A stretch of 64,000 bases of DNA from contig NC_042997.1 of NCBI RefSeq assembly GCF_006345805.1, positions 110,236,001 to 110,300,000 of the forward strand. The letters run 5' to 3'. Of the stretch, positions 13,295 through 27,303 are shown piece by piece (the first letter of the stretch is position 1; every line of letters starts with the position of its first letter). A model generated the notes under the pieces. That model was not told the origin of the DNA and made no database searches. It worked only from the letters and a program-made list of their open reading frames with translations. The DNA is from Octopus sinensis (Eukaryota). A program made the position numbers and the translations under genes.

Positions 13295-13640
13295 TTATCC
13301 CTTGCTCCTTTCTGTCATTAGACTGCGACCATGCTGGGGCATGGCCATGTATGGTTTTAGACGAACGAATCCACCTCAGTACATTTGTTTTCTAAGCCAG
13401 GTACTTATCCTGTCGGTTCTCTTTTGGCGAATCGCTAAGTTATCGGCACGTAAACAAACACCGGTTGTCAAGCTGTGGCAGAGATAAACACAAAGACACA
13501 CACACAAAGACACACACACACACACACACACACATACACACACACACACATGTCTAATATGTTACGAAGTGGAACTGAACCTAGAACCATGCGGGTGGGA
13601 AGCGAACTTCTTAACACATATCCACGCCTGCAACTGTTCA
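13295..13640 (-). mobile_element. Composite tRNA-derived SINE with internal (GT)n
   Basis: Head GCGTGGATATGTGTTAAGAAGTTCGCTTCC..GGTTCAGTTCC and the shared tail, as at 24222-24640. Confidence 0.75.
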
Positions 13641-13870
13641 TTCATTTTAGCCAATATGAAAGTCATGTGTGTTAAACCTAAAGTAAACCAGAGAACCATA
13701 GTTCAACACAGAGCCAGAGGCCATATTGATGAGAAACTGTTTGAATAGTAGGAGTGGTGGTAATGGTGTTGATATTATTATTATTATTAGTAGTAGTAGT
13801 AGTAATAGTAGTAGTAGTGGTAGTAGTCGATTCATTATACACAAAATTATCACTATGCCATATTCCCGTG

Positions 13871-14128
13871 GGCATATGGCATAGTGGTTAAGGGCACGGA
13901 CTACTAACCCCAAGATTCCGAGTTCGATTCCAATAATATTAATAATAATAATAACATAAAAAATACCTTAGGAATGAGAACCCAGGTTTGAAATTTCCCT
14001 CAGACACCTGATGAAGGCTGGAGGGTATATCAGCTGAAATGTTGTGTTAACAACAAACAAGATGAGAACAAATATCTGTCAAATGTAAATAATGTACATA
14101 ATTCCTCATCTACTAAATATAGAACTGT
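13871..14128 (+). mobile_element. tRNA-like Pol III head, (TAA)n linker, and hammerhead-bearing Penelope-like tail
   Basis: A-box TGGCATAGTGG (13877-13887), B-box GTTCGATTC (13922-13930), HHR at 14001-14048; the tail recurs at 57118-57166. Confidence 0.6.
14001..14048 (+). ncRNA. Minimal type-I hammerhead ribozyme (slightly decayed)
   Basis: GACAC-CTGATGA-A-GGCTG(GAGGGTATAT)CAGCT-GAAA-TGT-T-GTGTT; stem I GACAC/GTGTT; stem III ATGT probably derived from ACGT. Confidence 0.75.
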
Positions 14129-14931
14129 ACGATTTATATATTTGCATACATGTATTTTAATAATTTGTTATGAGACAAACCTACATGTATTAGATTAGTA
14201 AGCTTATAAACGTATTTGTTTGTATATAATGACCAGCTTACCCCTTTGGGTATGTTTACAGGTATGTATACGAAAATATCTACTTAGCTGTATACAAGTC
14301 TAACACATTTTACATCAGTTTATATGTTCTAAAAGCATCATTATAACGGAAATTTTAGTCCTTTTTACCATCCATCTTTGTTTCTTAGCCCTTACACTAT
14401 ATATTATTTAACGTGTGTTACTTTTAGCTTTATTACATTATAAAACATAGCCCCAATACCTTTCGGGAAAAGCTTAACTCAGGTTCGGGGCCGTCAAAGT
14501 AATCTAACGTTAGACTTGACACTCTTTTGGCAGCTCCTGCATCCAAACGGGATCTATAGTTGCAGCTCTGCTCCTGTGTGGACTTTTTTTTATCTTATAG
14601 TTAGGAGGGACAACCAATATCCATGACCCTTTAGAGGGGCTCAGAGGGAGCTGGGAGGGAGGAAGACCTGGCCCGAACATGCTTGCAAGAGAATAGAGTC
14701 GGCTAAAGTCATCCAAGGCATCAAGTGATGATATTAAACCTTGCAATGGATGACGTCTATAAGGTTGAAAGTGGGGTTTCTGAGGTGAGGTCCCTATCTA
14801 TGATCGCCATTCACCCAACTTGTTTCCTGGAGGGGTCTCTCAGATGCTACTGTGAAAGGCGACAACAATATGACAAGTAATATCACCATGGTTTGTCTTC
14901 ACAGTCACGCGAGCCATGCAGCTCAAATATT

Positions 14932-15331
14932 CTTTTCTACTCCAGGCACAAGTCCCGAAATTTTTGGGGAGGAGGGCAGACGATTACATCGACCCCAGTG
15001 CGTAACTGGTATTTAATTTATCAACCCCCAAAAGGATGAAAGGCAAAGTCGACCTCGGCGGAATTTGAACTCGTAATGGCAGACGAAATGCCTATTTCTA
15101 TTTCTTTACTACCCACAAGGGGCTAAACATAGAGAGGACAAACGAGGACAGACAAACGGATTAAGTCGATTATATCGACTCCAGTGCGTAACTGGTACTT
15201 AATTTATCGACCCCGAAAGGATGAAAGGCAAAGTCGACCTCAGCGGAATTTGAACTCAGAACGTAACGGCAGACGAAATACGGCTACGCATTTCGCCCGG
15301 CGTGCTAACGTTTCTGCCAGCTTGCCACCTT
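14932..15331 (-). mobile_element. Chimeric two-SINE insertion flanked by a 17-bp target-site duplication
   Basis: CATGCAGCTCAAATATT at 14915-14931 and 15332-15348; a full SINE joined to the 3' half of a sister family with a different tail. Confidence 0.8.
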
Positions 15332-15680
15332 CATGCAGCTCAAATATTAATGAACCAATGGTACGAGACTCCTTTGTTTTTCGAGACAGACTTATCAAAA
15401 TATGTACGGAGGGATTCTGCACTTTTCGTCGACCAAATTCCACTCACAAAGTAATTCCCAGCTGAAGTTGCTGCAGAAAACACTCATTCAAGGTAGAGCA
15501 GAGGAACGAACCAGTAACCACGGGATTGCGGAGTAAACCTCTTAAGCACACAGCTGCATCTATTCCTGATATTTTTATATAATTCATTTTCGCTGAAGTT
15601 TTACTTACCCGATTATCTCATTTATATTTAATTACTGTTATAACCTGTCTTATATAATATATACTCTATTAATCAAAGGA

Positions 15681-15727
<47 letters not shown>

Positions 15728-15762
15728 GTGTGTGTGTGTGTGTGTGCGTGTGTGTGTCTGTG

Positions 15763-15821
<59 letters not shown>

Positions 15822-16984
15822 AGTGGTTGATGGCATGTTAAACTGATTTATAGCATATGTTTGTGCAGGGATTGTTTTGTGGTCTTGGAGAGGCTGAAAC
15901 AGATTTAATTACACCCTACAGTAAAAAGGCTAACAACAATTTCATCTCAAAAACGTAAACCAGGCTTTGTATACGCTTATCATTCAATAAGATATTGTGG
16001 ACACAAAAATCATAGTTAAGTCACTAACAGCAACCACAAAAAACAAAAGAAAACAATAAAAAAGGCCAAAATGATCAACACCAATAAAACTTGACTGTTA
16101 AATAAATAACCGGTCATAATTGAGCTTGTTTTCTGCCTGTAATCGGTAGCCTTTGTTTGCTATCGATCGATTCCGAATAAGGATGAATATTTGTTTATAT
16201 GGCAGTTTAGTTAACCAACCTGTGTTGAACAGCGCTCTATTCATATTTATTTAACTTATTAGGCGCAGATCGATGGCTCCTCCATCGATTTTTATAAACG
16301 TTTACTGTTGTTGTTCTACGAATAAGCAATCATTGAAGACAAAACAAATGACAGTTGGCAATTTATCAAAGCTACAAGTGAAACGATATCCACCACGTTT
16401 CTCAGCTTTTTTCTTAGTAATTCTTGTAATGTAAGCCAGCTGTCGGCGGAGGCTTTTATCGCTTCTTTATCGCCGTCGCTTCTATTTACCAACGGAACCA
16501 ATCAACTGATAGCTTCTTGTTTTAAGGTTATCTGCTGCTATTATATCAGAGATATTGATTAGGGTTTCGCCTTTGGAACTTCAACAGATCATTGTAAAAT
16601 AGACATAAAGATCTGTGACAGTTAAAACAAACTGAAGTAAATTATTGCTTTAGATATTTACACATGGGTAACTATTTGAACAAAGGAGATCAGCGGTTGT
16701 TCTGATCAGAGAGAAGAGAGAGAGAGAGAGAGGGGGGGAGAGGAAGAGTTAAGAGTGTGAGGGGGGCGAAGTAAGAGATCAGTGGGTCATCAAATCAGAT
16801 AAAACACAATTCCTTCAAGTTGAGACGATGATAATGTCTGCTTTGTCAATGGGCAAACAACAATAAAATATGGGAAATATTTGTTGTGGGAATAAAATTT
16901 TCGTATATTTACTGAAATAATGTCTCTACCCACGATTTCTCTCAGCTCAGTATATGTATATATATATATATACATGTGTGTGTG

Positions 16985-17015
<31 letters not shown>

Positions 17016-17038
17016 AACTATGTGGCGGTATACACACG

Positions 17039-17083
<45 letters not shown>

Positions 17084-17128
17084 ACACGCACACACACACA
17101 CACCACACACACACACATATATATACAA

Positions 17129-17358
17129 GGCGGCGAGCTGGCAGAAACGTTAGCACGCCGGCGAAATGCGTAGCCGTATTTCGTCTGCCGTTATGTTCTG
17201 AGTTCAAACTCCGCCGAGGTCGACTTTGCCTTTCATCCTTTCGGTGTCGATAAATAAAGTACCAGTTACGCACTTGGGTCGATTTAATCGACTCAATCCC
17301 TTTGTCTGTCCTTGTTTGTCCCCTCTGTGTTTAGCCCCTTTGTGGGTAGTAAAGAAAT
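17129..17358 (+). mobile_element. Full-length tRNA-derived SINE (abundant family)
   Basis: GGCGGCGAGCTGGCAGAAACGTTAGC head, GTTCAAACTCC B-box, GTCGACTTTGCCTTTCATCC..AGTACC domain, tail ending GTAAAGAAATA. Confidence 0.9.
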
Positions 17359-18261
17359 ATATATATATACATGATAAAAATATAGGCAGAGAGAAACCAG
17401 CACGAAGCTCGAGAAAAAGACAAGATAGAGATATGGGATATGCAAACAGAAGAGAGAAAGTAAGGGAGAAAGAGAGAGATGGGGAGAAAGAGTTGAGATT
17501 CCCATGAAAATATATTTAGAAGACTATTCATGCAAGGTCGAATAGGTTTGTAAATTTAAAAAAAAGGAAAGCAATTTATAAATTATCAAGAACGAAAATC
17601 AGATCGACATCGTAAAGTTTGTGTTGTGTGGACAGCCTTAAGTAATTCTTCACTTTCCCAGTTTCGTTACATTAGAAACAGTGAAATCTATACTGTAAGA
17701 TGGTAGCAAACATTTTTCTCTAAAATGTCTTACTCCGTTCTTTAGATCTCTCTATACTACCGTGACAAACGTTATCTTACAAAAGGCAACTTAATTCTAG
17801 TTAGCAAGCAGAATACTCTAAGTTGTCTTAGCTGTCTTGTCAAAACAGACGAGCTTATTTGAGTTCAGTGAAGCAGATTCGCGTTTTAGTGTCGTAGATT
17901 GGTGGTTATCTTCAAAGAAACAATAGATTTGTTATTTGCCGTCAAACACATTCAGACAATCCCGCTATACCTATCCGTTGGTGTAAGTATCTCAGTAGAT
18001 AAATAAAGCTTCCCCCTATCTAATTCTGTTTGTTCATTACGTACATTATTTACAGAGATTCGAATTTGAAAGAATAACAAACGGTAAAAGATATGGCGAT
18101 AGAAGACTATGGAACACACTACTTTGAGCAACAACAATAATAGACATACACAGTAATACTAGAAAAAAACGTTATTTCTCAAATATCTAAATATGTGTAC
18201 ACACAACATACTCACGCACGGACATGCTACATATACACACACATACATATACACATACTTT

Positions 18262-18473
18262 TATTCTTTTACTCGTTTCAGTCGTTGACTGCGACCAAGC
18301 TGCAGCGCCGCCTTTAGTCGAGTAAATCGATCCTAGGACTTATTTGTAAACCTAGTATTTATTCTATCGGTCTCTTTTTGCCGAACTGCTAAGTTACGGG
18401 GACGTAAACACACCAGCATCGTTTATCAAGCGATGGTGGAAGGACAAACACAGATACACAACACACACACACA

Positions 18474-18500
<27 letters not shown>
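18262..18500 (-). mobile_element. 3' half of the composite SINE
   Basis: Similar to 24222-24410 and 44590-44740. Confidence 0.7.
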
Positions 18501-18504
<4 letters not shown>

Positions 18505-18685
18505 TATTTATATATATATATATATGCACTTTTATATAATTGCGTACAAACTCAAAATCATACATATACACATCTATATATTTAAGAAGATGGGCATATA
18601 TGAAGGCTTAAATATAAAGTTTCCTATCTCTCTCTCGCTATCTATCTTTCTATATATACGTAAGCATATACACACACATATAATA

Positions 18686-18727
<42 letters not shown>

Positions 18728-18795
18728 GTATATATATCTGTATATATATATATATATATGTATATATACACACATACATACATACATACATACAT

Positions 18796-18828
<33 letters not shown>

Positions 18829-18830
18829 CG

Positions 18831-18895
<65 letters not shown>

Positions 18896-19599
18896 GCATA
18901 TGCATACACTTATATATGGTGTATATACAAGTGTGCACCCACGTATATACATTCCACCGGCTGCCTGTATTCGAATTCATACGCATTCAAAGAAAAATTT
19001 CCTATAAAGAAAGTCAGCTTTCTTTGAATTCTATGACTAGAGAAAAGAGTTTTTTCGAAGAGGATTTGGTTTTCACCTGCCAATTCTGGTGAGTATTTTG
19101 TGTTAATTCCTGCAGAAATAATTCCATGTTTTCATACTTTTGTTTATGTCTTGGAGGTTGGAAAGTAATGCAAAATAAAAAAAAAATAAATAAAATAAAT
19201 GAAAAATAAAAAATAAACCAAATTATACATACTCCGGTGTAAACCGCAAACAAAATAGCTTCCGTATTGTAATGTCTAATTGTATTATATTTGAAAGAAC
19301 CAGCACAAACACACACAAATATGCTTATACATATGAATATGTACGTACGTATGATTGCATGCATGCATGTATGTATGTATGTATGTATGTATGTATGTAT
19401 GTATGTATGTATGTATGTATGTATGTATGTATGTATGCATGTATGTATGTATGTACGCACGTACAAAAATCTACGAAAAGCAGCGTAACAAATTGACCAC
19501 ATCATCTGTCACGGAATGTGTAATTATCTTCGAGAACTGATGCCTACACATTTCATTCATTCGAATCAAATCATCGGATTCTGGTCGCCATGATAGAAC

Positions 19600-21330
19600 T
19601 CACTCTCTGTTCAAATCATTCAGAGAGCAAACATTCGCCTCGATATTTCTGGGCCTTCCTGTCCAACTCAGATACCACCACGTCTTCTTTTTATAAAATA
19701 CAAGAATAGATTCGCTGAACTCAACGTAGAACCTTCTGAGAACGTAGAGGAATATACCATATTCCTGAAGTCTGTTGCATATGCCACCTAACAACACTTC
19801 CTCACCGACTGTACGATTTTCGAAGAAGAAAGTCCCTTGGGGGGATGCCAAAGTTCCGGAAGCTGGAAATAATCTGGCAGCTACGAAACAAGCAAATCGG
19901 CGGAGCAAGACGACCGCCATATTTAAAACTGTATTAGTCTCAACCTTATCTCTTTAGTACAATGACGACCAAAGAGCTTACATCGATGAGCAAACCAACA
20001 GGATAAAAGAAACAGATGACAGCAGACAAATCATCATAGTAAGGAAAGCCAGAAGCAGCATGCCTGGTCTTAAGTCTATGACAGCATCAGAGATGAAAGC
20101 AATTTAATTGCAAGGTGAACGAGTTGGTTGAAAACCCCAGTTTAAAAAGCTGCTCAACACAACTCCCACTGATAATTTCGTTTTGACACCAATCTCAGCG
20201 CTGCTTACCAATATCCCAATGGGTGAAATTACCATCGAGGAAGCACTAACCATTGCTAAACATTTCAAGCTCAACAAATCGTTTCGTGTCGATGTTGTGC
20301 CTCCAGAAATTCTTCGGAATATTCAAACAGAATCGCAGCAGTCTTCGCCGACTCTTTGAAACCACCTCTAGCAAAGTGTGTTACCTCTTTGGTGCGCCGT
20401 CTTTTGTGGGTGTCACCAAAGCTTTCGACTCTGTCTGCTGTGAGCAAATGTTTCAGATTCGTTCTGCCTATGGCAAACCTAATGAAATGCAATCTGCTCT
20501 GTGTTTGCAGACTGTGAATGTTTTGTATGCATTCCTAACAGACACCAACACATTTGCAGACAACACAGGTGTTCTCCAAGGGAACACATTAACCCTTTTC
20601 CTTTCTTTACTTCAGTACACTATAGTATTTGAGCTTCGTGTGTATCTTCGTCCCCTCCACGGTTCACGTCATCCAGCATCATATCTCATTGACCTCGACT
20701 TCGTAGATGATATCACATTCATTTCGCATACAATCATAAATGCTCAAATCCTCCGCACAAACCTGCCTTTTTTGGCTGCTAATTAAGTCAGTCTCTCAAT
20801 AAACTAATCGAAGTCAAAGTCCATAATCATTAGTGAAAAGGCTGGTTCGGATAACCTTACACTTTCATCGGGGCCCATTAAATAAGTGGCCAGTTTCCGT
20901 TTGCTGGACTCTCTTATTCACTCTGACAGCAGAAGTGTTTACATTAGTGAAGTGATAACAACGTCAGTATACGACAAGTTATGGAAAATTGAGAAAGCGT
21001 CATAAGTGTCACGTAACCGAAAACTACGTCTGTTTCGTGCTACGATGGAATGTTTTGCTGGTCTCTTACGGTGGCACAAAATTCACTATATGGATTTTTA
21101 CCGTCCATTAGCCAGACAATCAAAAACGGCTAAAATTCAGGGCACTGTTTTTTTCGAGAAGATAAACCTGCCATTGCACTTTTTTCTATGACCCCGTGCA
21201 AATGTTCAACACTGGTGGTTAGGTTTGAATGACTTATGTTTGTGAACTTATGCAGAATACAGGACTGTGCACTGTCTCAGAGTTGGCACGTGGGATGTCA
21301 TCTTGCAAAGACTGGGAGAAAATTTTTCTT
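19600..21330 (+). mobile_element. Decayed RTE-clade LINE (linker, RT and C-terminus)
   Basis: EITIEEAL..VDVVPPEIL, FVGVTKAFDSV, GVLQGNTL, LIDLDFVDDI, RNRKLRLFRAT, GHCF..EDKP..TYVCELMQNTGL across stops and frameshifts. Confidence 0.85.
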
Positions 21331-22148
21331 CAGTTGGTGTTGACATCTATGAGTGATGTAGCATAAACTAAGAGATGTATGTATGTATGTATGTATGTAT
21401 GTATGTATGTATGTATGTATGTATGTATGTATGTATGTATGTATGTATGTATGTGTGTGTGTGTGTATGTGTGTGTGTGTTCACTGTGTTGCAACACCGA
21501 GTCACAAGCCTTTATTTCTTTAGATACAAACTCATTCATGCAAATATCCAACAGGAGTTAGTCGACGGGTATTAGATATAACCTATAACACAGAAACAAT
21601 GATCTATGTACATGTAGAAGGAAATACGTCCGGTATTTATACTAAAAGCTTTAGGCTATAATCATTAAATAGAAAACATTTTAAAGATGCAACCATTGCA
21701 AAAATGGAGGCGAAAGATGTAAAACGTGAACAGCAGAAAAAAGTGAACTCAAAAACCTGCATGGTGGAAAACCATTATTTGAACACTATAACAGGAATAT
21801 TTTGGACGCGCCAGAAAGCCTCTTTTACTGAACTGGGAAATATCACCTTTATCGGAATACAACGGAACAAATGCATAGATTCTTGTAATCGCTTTGCTTT
21901 AGTTTTTTTTTTTTTTTCAGATTTGCTCTGTTTCATCTTCCGGTTTCCTTACTCTCGCTGGTCTAGATTATTTTCTCCAGTTATATTTCCTCCCCTCGAT
22001 TTACCGCATAAATCTTCAAATTTAACATTTTGGGAAAGTCGGAGAAAAACGATGTTCTGCTTTATAAGACTGATTTGTGTTAATGGAAGCAGAAGTGTTT
22101 ATACGTAAAGTGTTCCAAAATATAATTCTCTTAATATCCCCATAAGCG

Positions 22149-22211
<63 letters not shown>

Positions 22212-22667
22212 GAGAGAGAGAGAGAAAGAAAAGGTCTGAACGAATGCCAAACACAAAATTTTGTGTATCCCGTCTTGCTCCCAAATATAAATACATTCTC
22301 AAAATAATCATATCTTCTATAATTTCAATCAAGTTTGAAACAATATATATTTGCACACACACGCATACACACACGCACACACACACACATACACACACTC
22401 ACACACACATACAATATGCCACTACTCTTCTATATTTACACGTTTCTCCATACACACCCTCAAAAATCACAAATACACTTCTCACTCCCTTGTGCCCATC
22501 TCATTGCACAGATACTATTCTGTAAGTGCACACATCCCACGCCCTTCCCCTTTTCTTACCATCCCTTACAGAACTGCTTTTCCACTTGTCCTCTAACCCC
22601 TCGCCCAGTCTTCTTTTCCCAAACCTCTTTTCATCTTCCTATCATCTACTACACTTTCCGTATTTTA

Positions 22668-22701
22668 CTTCTGATGGCGTATTAGTGCTCGAAACATTAA
22701 G
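22668..22701 (+). ncRNA. Degenerate minimal hammerhead motif in a T-rich Penelope-like tail
   Basis: CTT-CTGATGG..CTC-GAAACATT-AAG; resembles the 63808-63842 architecture but core and stem II are damaged. Confidence 0.4.
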
Positions 22702-22848
22702 ATGCTTTCTCTTCCTCTTAACTGTTAAACTTAACTGTGTTCATTGTTTTGTTTCTATGTACACATATACAGATATATTTATATACATGCATATATACAT
22801 GCATACATGCATGCATACATACATGCATACATACATACATACATACAT

Positions 22849-22958
<110 letters not shown>

Positions 22959-23519
22959 ACAATAAGGGTTTGCAACAAGTTGCATGACCACATCCCGAAA
23001 ATTTTAGAAATAAAATAGTATATATATATACATACACTTATAGACATACTTATCATTTAAATCGTCTTCCATAATGGCTTGCGTTAGACGGTCTGACAGG
23101 GTCCGGCGAGCTGTCAGGTCACATCGAGTGCCAGTATCAGCTTCGGAATGGTCTCCACAGCTGGATGTCCTTCCTAATGACAACCACTTTATTGAGTGCT
23201 TTATTCGTGCTGTCGGCACTTGTGAGGTTACCAAGTCGCTTGCAAGGCAAGAAAAGAAACGAACAGGAATGATACACTGAGAAAAGTAACAGAACGAAAA
23301 GCGTCCTCGACAGAGTGTTTGAGAGGGGGGCGGTGTGCATTATGTATGTATGTATGTATGTATGTATGTATGTATGTATGTATGCATGTATGTATGTATG
23401 TGTGTGTATGTATGTATGTATGTATGTATGTATGTATGTATGTATGTATGAATGTGTGTATGTGTGTATGTATGTATGTATGTGTGTTTGAGTGTGTGTG
23501 CGCGTGTGTGTATGCATGT

Positions 23520-24066
23520 CTCTTCTATCTTTTAATTATTATAAATCTTCCACTGAGGAGGTATCCGGTTCCCAACAAAGATACAAGGCTCCATCTTTGG
23601 GATGTAGCTAACACAGACAAATTCACATTTGAAACTTGAGAAAAGTCTTGCATATTTTTACTGTTCCACTCACAGATTGCACTTTTAGTGTACGAATTAA
23701 CCGGACGATTTCTCTTTCTGAAAATCCCGGTTTAACTAGATCCTTCTTTAAACATTTACTAACAAAACCTAGTGCTCCAGTTATTGGTATGAATATGAAT
23801 TCATAGTCTGGAATAGATGCTGAAGGTTCCAAAGCTATTGTCCATAGATATCCACTTTTTCTTTCATTTGAAAGAGATATTTATATTTGCAGGGCAGCTG
23901 ACCTCTATGATGGTATATGCCTTTGCCCCCCTGTCCTAAACAACAATATCCGGCCTGTTATGCTTACATCTGACAGAAGTTTTTATGGGAATATTCCGCC
24001 AGTATTCCTTGAGCTGGTGTTTATGAATGTATTCCATAACAGAGTGATTTTCTAAGTATATTTCAC
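23520..24066 (-). mobile_element. 5'-truncated R4/Dong-clade LINE (RLE domain plus 3' UTR) flanked by (TACA)n
   Basis: KHNRPDIVV..IIEVSCP restriction-like endonuclease motif, IPITGALG, SGTVKICKTFLKF*; (TACA)n-rich runs on both sides. Confidence 0.85.
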
Positions 24067-24221
24067 ATACATGTATGTATGTATGTATGTATGTATGTAT
24101 GTATGTATGTATGTATGTATGTATGTATGTATGTATGTATGTATGTATGTAGGAAGTTATAATAACCAGCTGAAAATTAACTTCATTACACATACATTTA
24201 AGCTGAACACATTTTTAAAAA

Positions 24222-24640
24222 ATTCCTTTTCTTGTTTTAGTCGTTTGACAGCGGCCGTGCTGGGGCACCGCCTTAAAGGGTTTTAGTCGAACGAATCGAC
24301 CCCCAGGGTTTATTTTCTGCGTCTATTACTTATTCTATCACTTACTATTACCGAACCGCTTAGTTACAGGGATGTAAGCACACCAACACCGGTTGTCAAG
24401 AGGTGATGGGAGGGGGAGAACACAAACATAACGACACACACACACACACACACACACACTCACGCAGAAACACACACACACACGACGGGCTTCTTTCACG
24501 TTCTCTCAACCAAATCCACTCACAAGGCTTTGGCCGGCCCGAGGCTATAGTTGAAGACACTTGCCCAAGGTGCCGCGCAGTGGGACTGAACCCGGAACCA
24601 TGTGGTTAGGAAGAAAGTTTCTTACCACACAACCACACCT
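24222..24640 (-). mobile_element. Composite tRNA/CORE SINE with internal (GT)n
   Basis: Head GTGGTAAGAAAC..GGTTCAGTCCC, CCTTGGGCAAGTGTCTT core, tail GGGGTCGATTCGTTCGACTAAAA. Confidence 0.85.
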
Positions 24641-26316
24641 TTTACACGGGAAAGTTTGAGAGCGACTTCAAATGTTTCGGTTTACTTGTCATCAGTTTCA
24701 TGAGTCGAACTTCGAAGTCACTGTCAGCCACTTTTGTTTGAACCAAACATGCGCATATGCGTGTATATATGTGTGAATGTGTACCTGCATATTTCTGCTT
24801 GTATGAATGTGTATGGCATTATGGTTAGCAGTGTATAAGCAAGTTGGGGGTATACAGACAAGTCGATGATTTCGTTATAAAAGCACCGGTTTAGTGACAA
24901 ACACGCAAATATACGATTACCAGTGTGTAAAATGATTGATGTTATCTACATACATTTATGATTGGTGCATAAAAGGATTGGCAATATACAACACAACTTT
25001 ATGATTTCTGTATAAATATATTATCATCAGATACAAAAGAATTATATATCTCACAGTTGCTGCCAAGTCTTATTTTCGTATAACGCCGTGTGTATAACTG
25101 TTGTTTTCGTTGTTATTTATAATAAATATATTTCGTCAGCTTTTACATAAAGTTAACTCGCCTCACTTTTGTTTCTATATTGAACCTGGAAGATATAGAT
25201 ACATCACATGCTGCCATATATCATACAGAGAGAGATATATCTTGTAGGTTATTTTACACGTACACCACATATCTAGAGCAGGCACAAAGAACTACCATTC
25301 ATGCACGGCAACATTACATTCTAGTCTGGTCATACTTGATTGAATTGGGAATGTCACACATCAATGTCTTTCCCAGCGGCACATTGTGCCATAATGATCT
25401 CATTCTGTGCTTTATTATTAAAGTCGTTTTAAAGACCTATATTTATTTTTTTTTCACAGTTAACAATATATACGTATATACAAAAACTCACACAAACGAA
25501 TGATGCATATAAGAGAAAGTGCGTGTCAGCATTTGTGCGTGTGGTGTGAGCGAATGCACCGGTTTGTGTGTGGGTTTGTGGCCATTTCCGTGCATGTCTT
25601 CATGTGTACAATCATAGAAGTATAAATATATTTACTTTATATTTAAGTATAGCTATTTGATCAAGCATTTATATATATATTATATATATATTATATATAT
25701 AATATATATATATGTATGTATGTATGTATGTAATGTATATACACGCACACATGCACATGGAGCCCGCATAGATATAAATTGAAAAAGACAGAAATAGTTG
25801 TCTTATATAAGCAATAAACAATTACACGATGCGCAATTATATCACGCGCACATAATGTAGATGCACGCAAATAAAGAGAAACACAAACACACACACATAT
25901 ATAGACACACACACACACACATATATACATACATATATATATATATATGCATATATATATGTGTGTTATGCATGCGTACATACATACAAACATGCATGTA
26001 TACATGTCTATGTATTTAAGCTTATATATATAGATATATATACGTATATGAATATATGTATATATATATATATATTTATATATATATGTATACGTATATG
26101 TATATATATATATATATTCACATATATATATATATATAATTACATACATATATTTATATAACAATATACGTATATATATATAACTAAAACGAATATATAA
26201 CCGCATATATATATATTTCTTTACAATAACACAAGTCTGTGAGTAGGTACGCTGTTATTTTTAGATAATTCTGTGTACATAAACGAGGCTTTAGAAATAT
26301 CTGTGTTGCATATATA

Positions 26317-26360
<44 letters not shown>

Positions 26361-27007
26361 TATTTATATATATATGGACAGACACACATGTATATATGCA
26401 TGTACACACACACACTTATGTAGATGCGTGTGTGTGTGTTTAATGTTATATTTGATTGTATTGAACATCTACAATAAGTAAGTTAGTAAATTGGAGACCA
26501 AAGGGCCTCTTTGTAAAATCCCTCTCCCACAACAATGGTTGGTATTGTTACTTTTGATCAACTGTTTTAAACTTATTCAAACAAACACTGGAGTTTACAA
26601 CTGTGACAAATTCGATTTCACAACCACCAGTTTCTCTTTCTTTCATTTGTTACCGTCTGAATAGAATATCCTTTTGTCGTTGACTTTTTGATTAAATTTC
26701 ATCTTCCTATTTCAATAACCAATAACAGCAGTCGATGTAATATTTTCAGGCTGTTGCTTGCATTAGCTTTTCATCGTCGCCATCTTTATTGTTGTCGCCG
26801 CTGCGGTAAAATGTTGTTGGTTGTTGTTGATGCTGTTGTTGTTATTGCAATTGTTGCTGTGTTATTATTAGTAGCATTTTTATTAGCACTGCTATTTATA
26901 TCTTCTTCTTCTTCTTCTTCTTCTTCTTCTTCTTCTTCTTCTTCTTCTTCTTCTTCTTCTTCTTCTTCTTCTTCTTCTTCTTCTTCTTCTTCTCCTCCTC
27001 CTCTTCA

Positions 27008-27060
<53 letters not shown>

Positions 27061-27265
27061 TAATTTTTATTGCTGTTATCTAATTGTTACGACTAATACT
27101 ATTACCGTTATGTCTATTATTTTTCTTTTATTAATTTTCTTTTGTTATTACTATTGTGATTATTATTATAATTATTACGATCACCATCATTATTACTATT
27201 ATAATTATTATCATTATTTATTATCACCATCTATTCTTCTTCTTCTTCTTCTTCTTCTCTTCTTC

Positions 27266-27303
<38 letters not shown>

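Noticed and set aside
11750-19110. Other exon-like segments (11.8, 16.4, 17.7-18.1, 19.08 kb; also 21.9 and 53.67 kb)
   Set aside because: Plausible splice signals and short open frames on both strands, with no recognisable protein; not supportable without RNA data.
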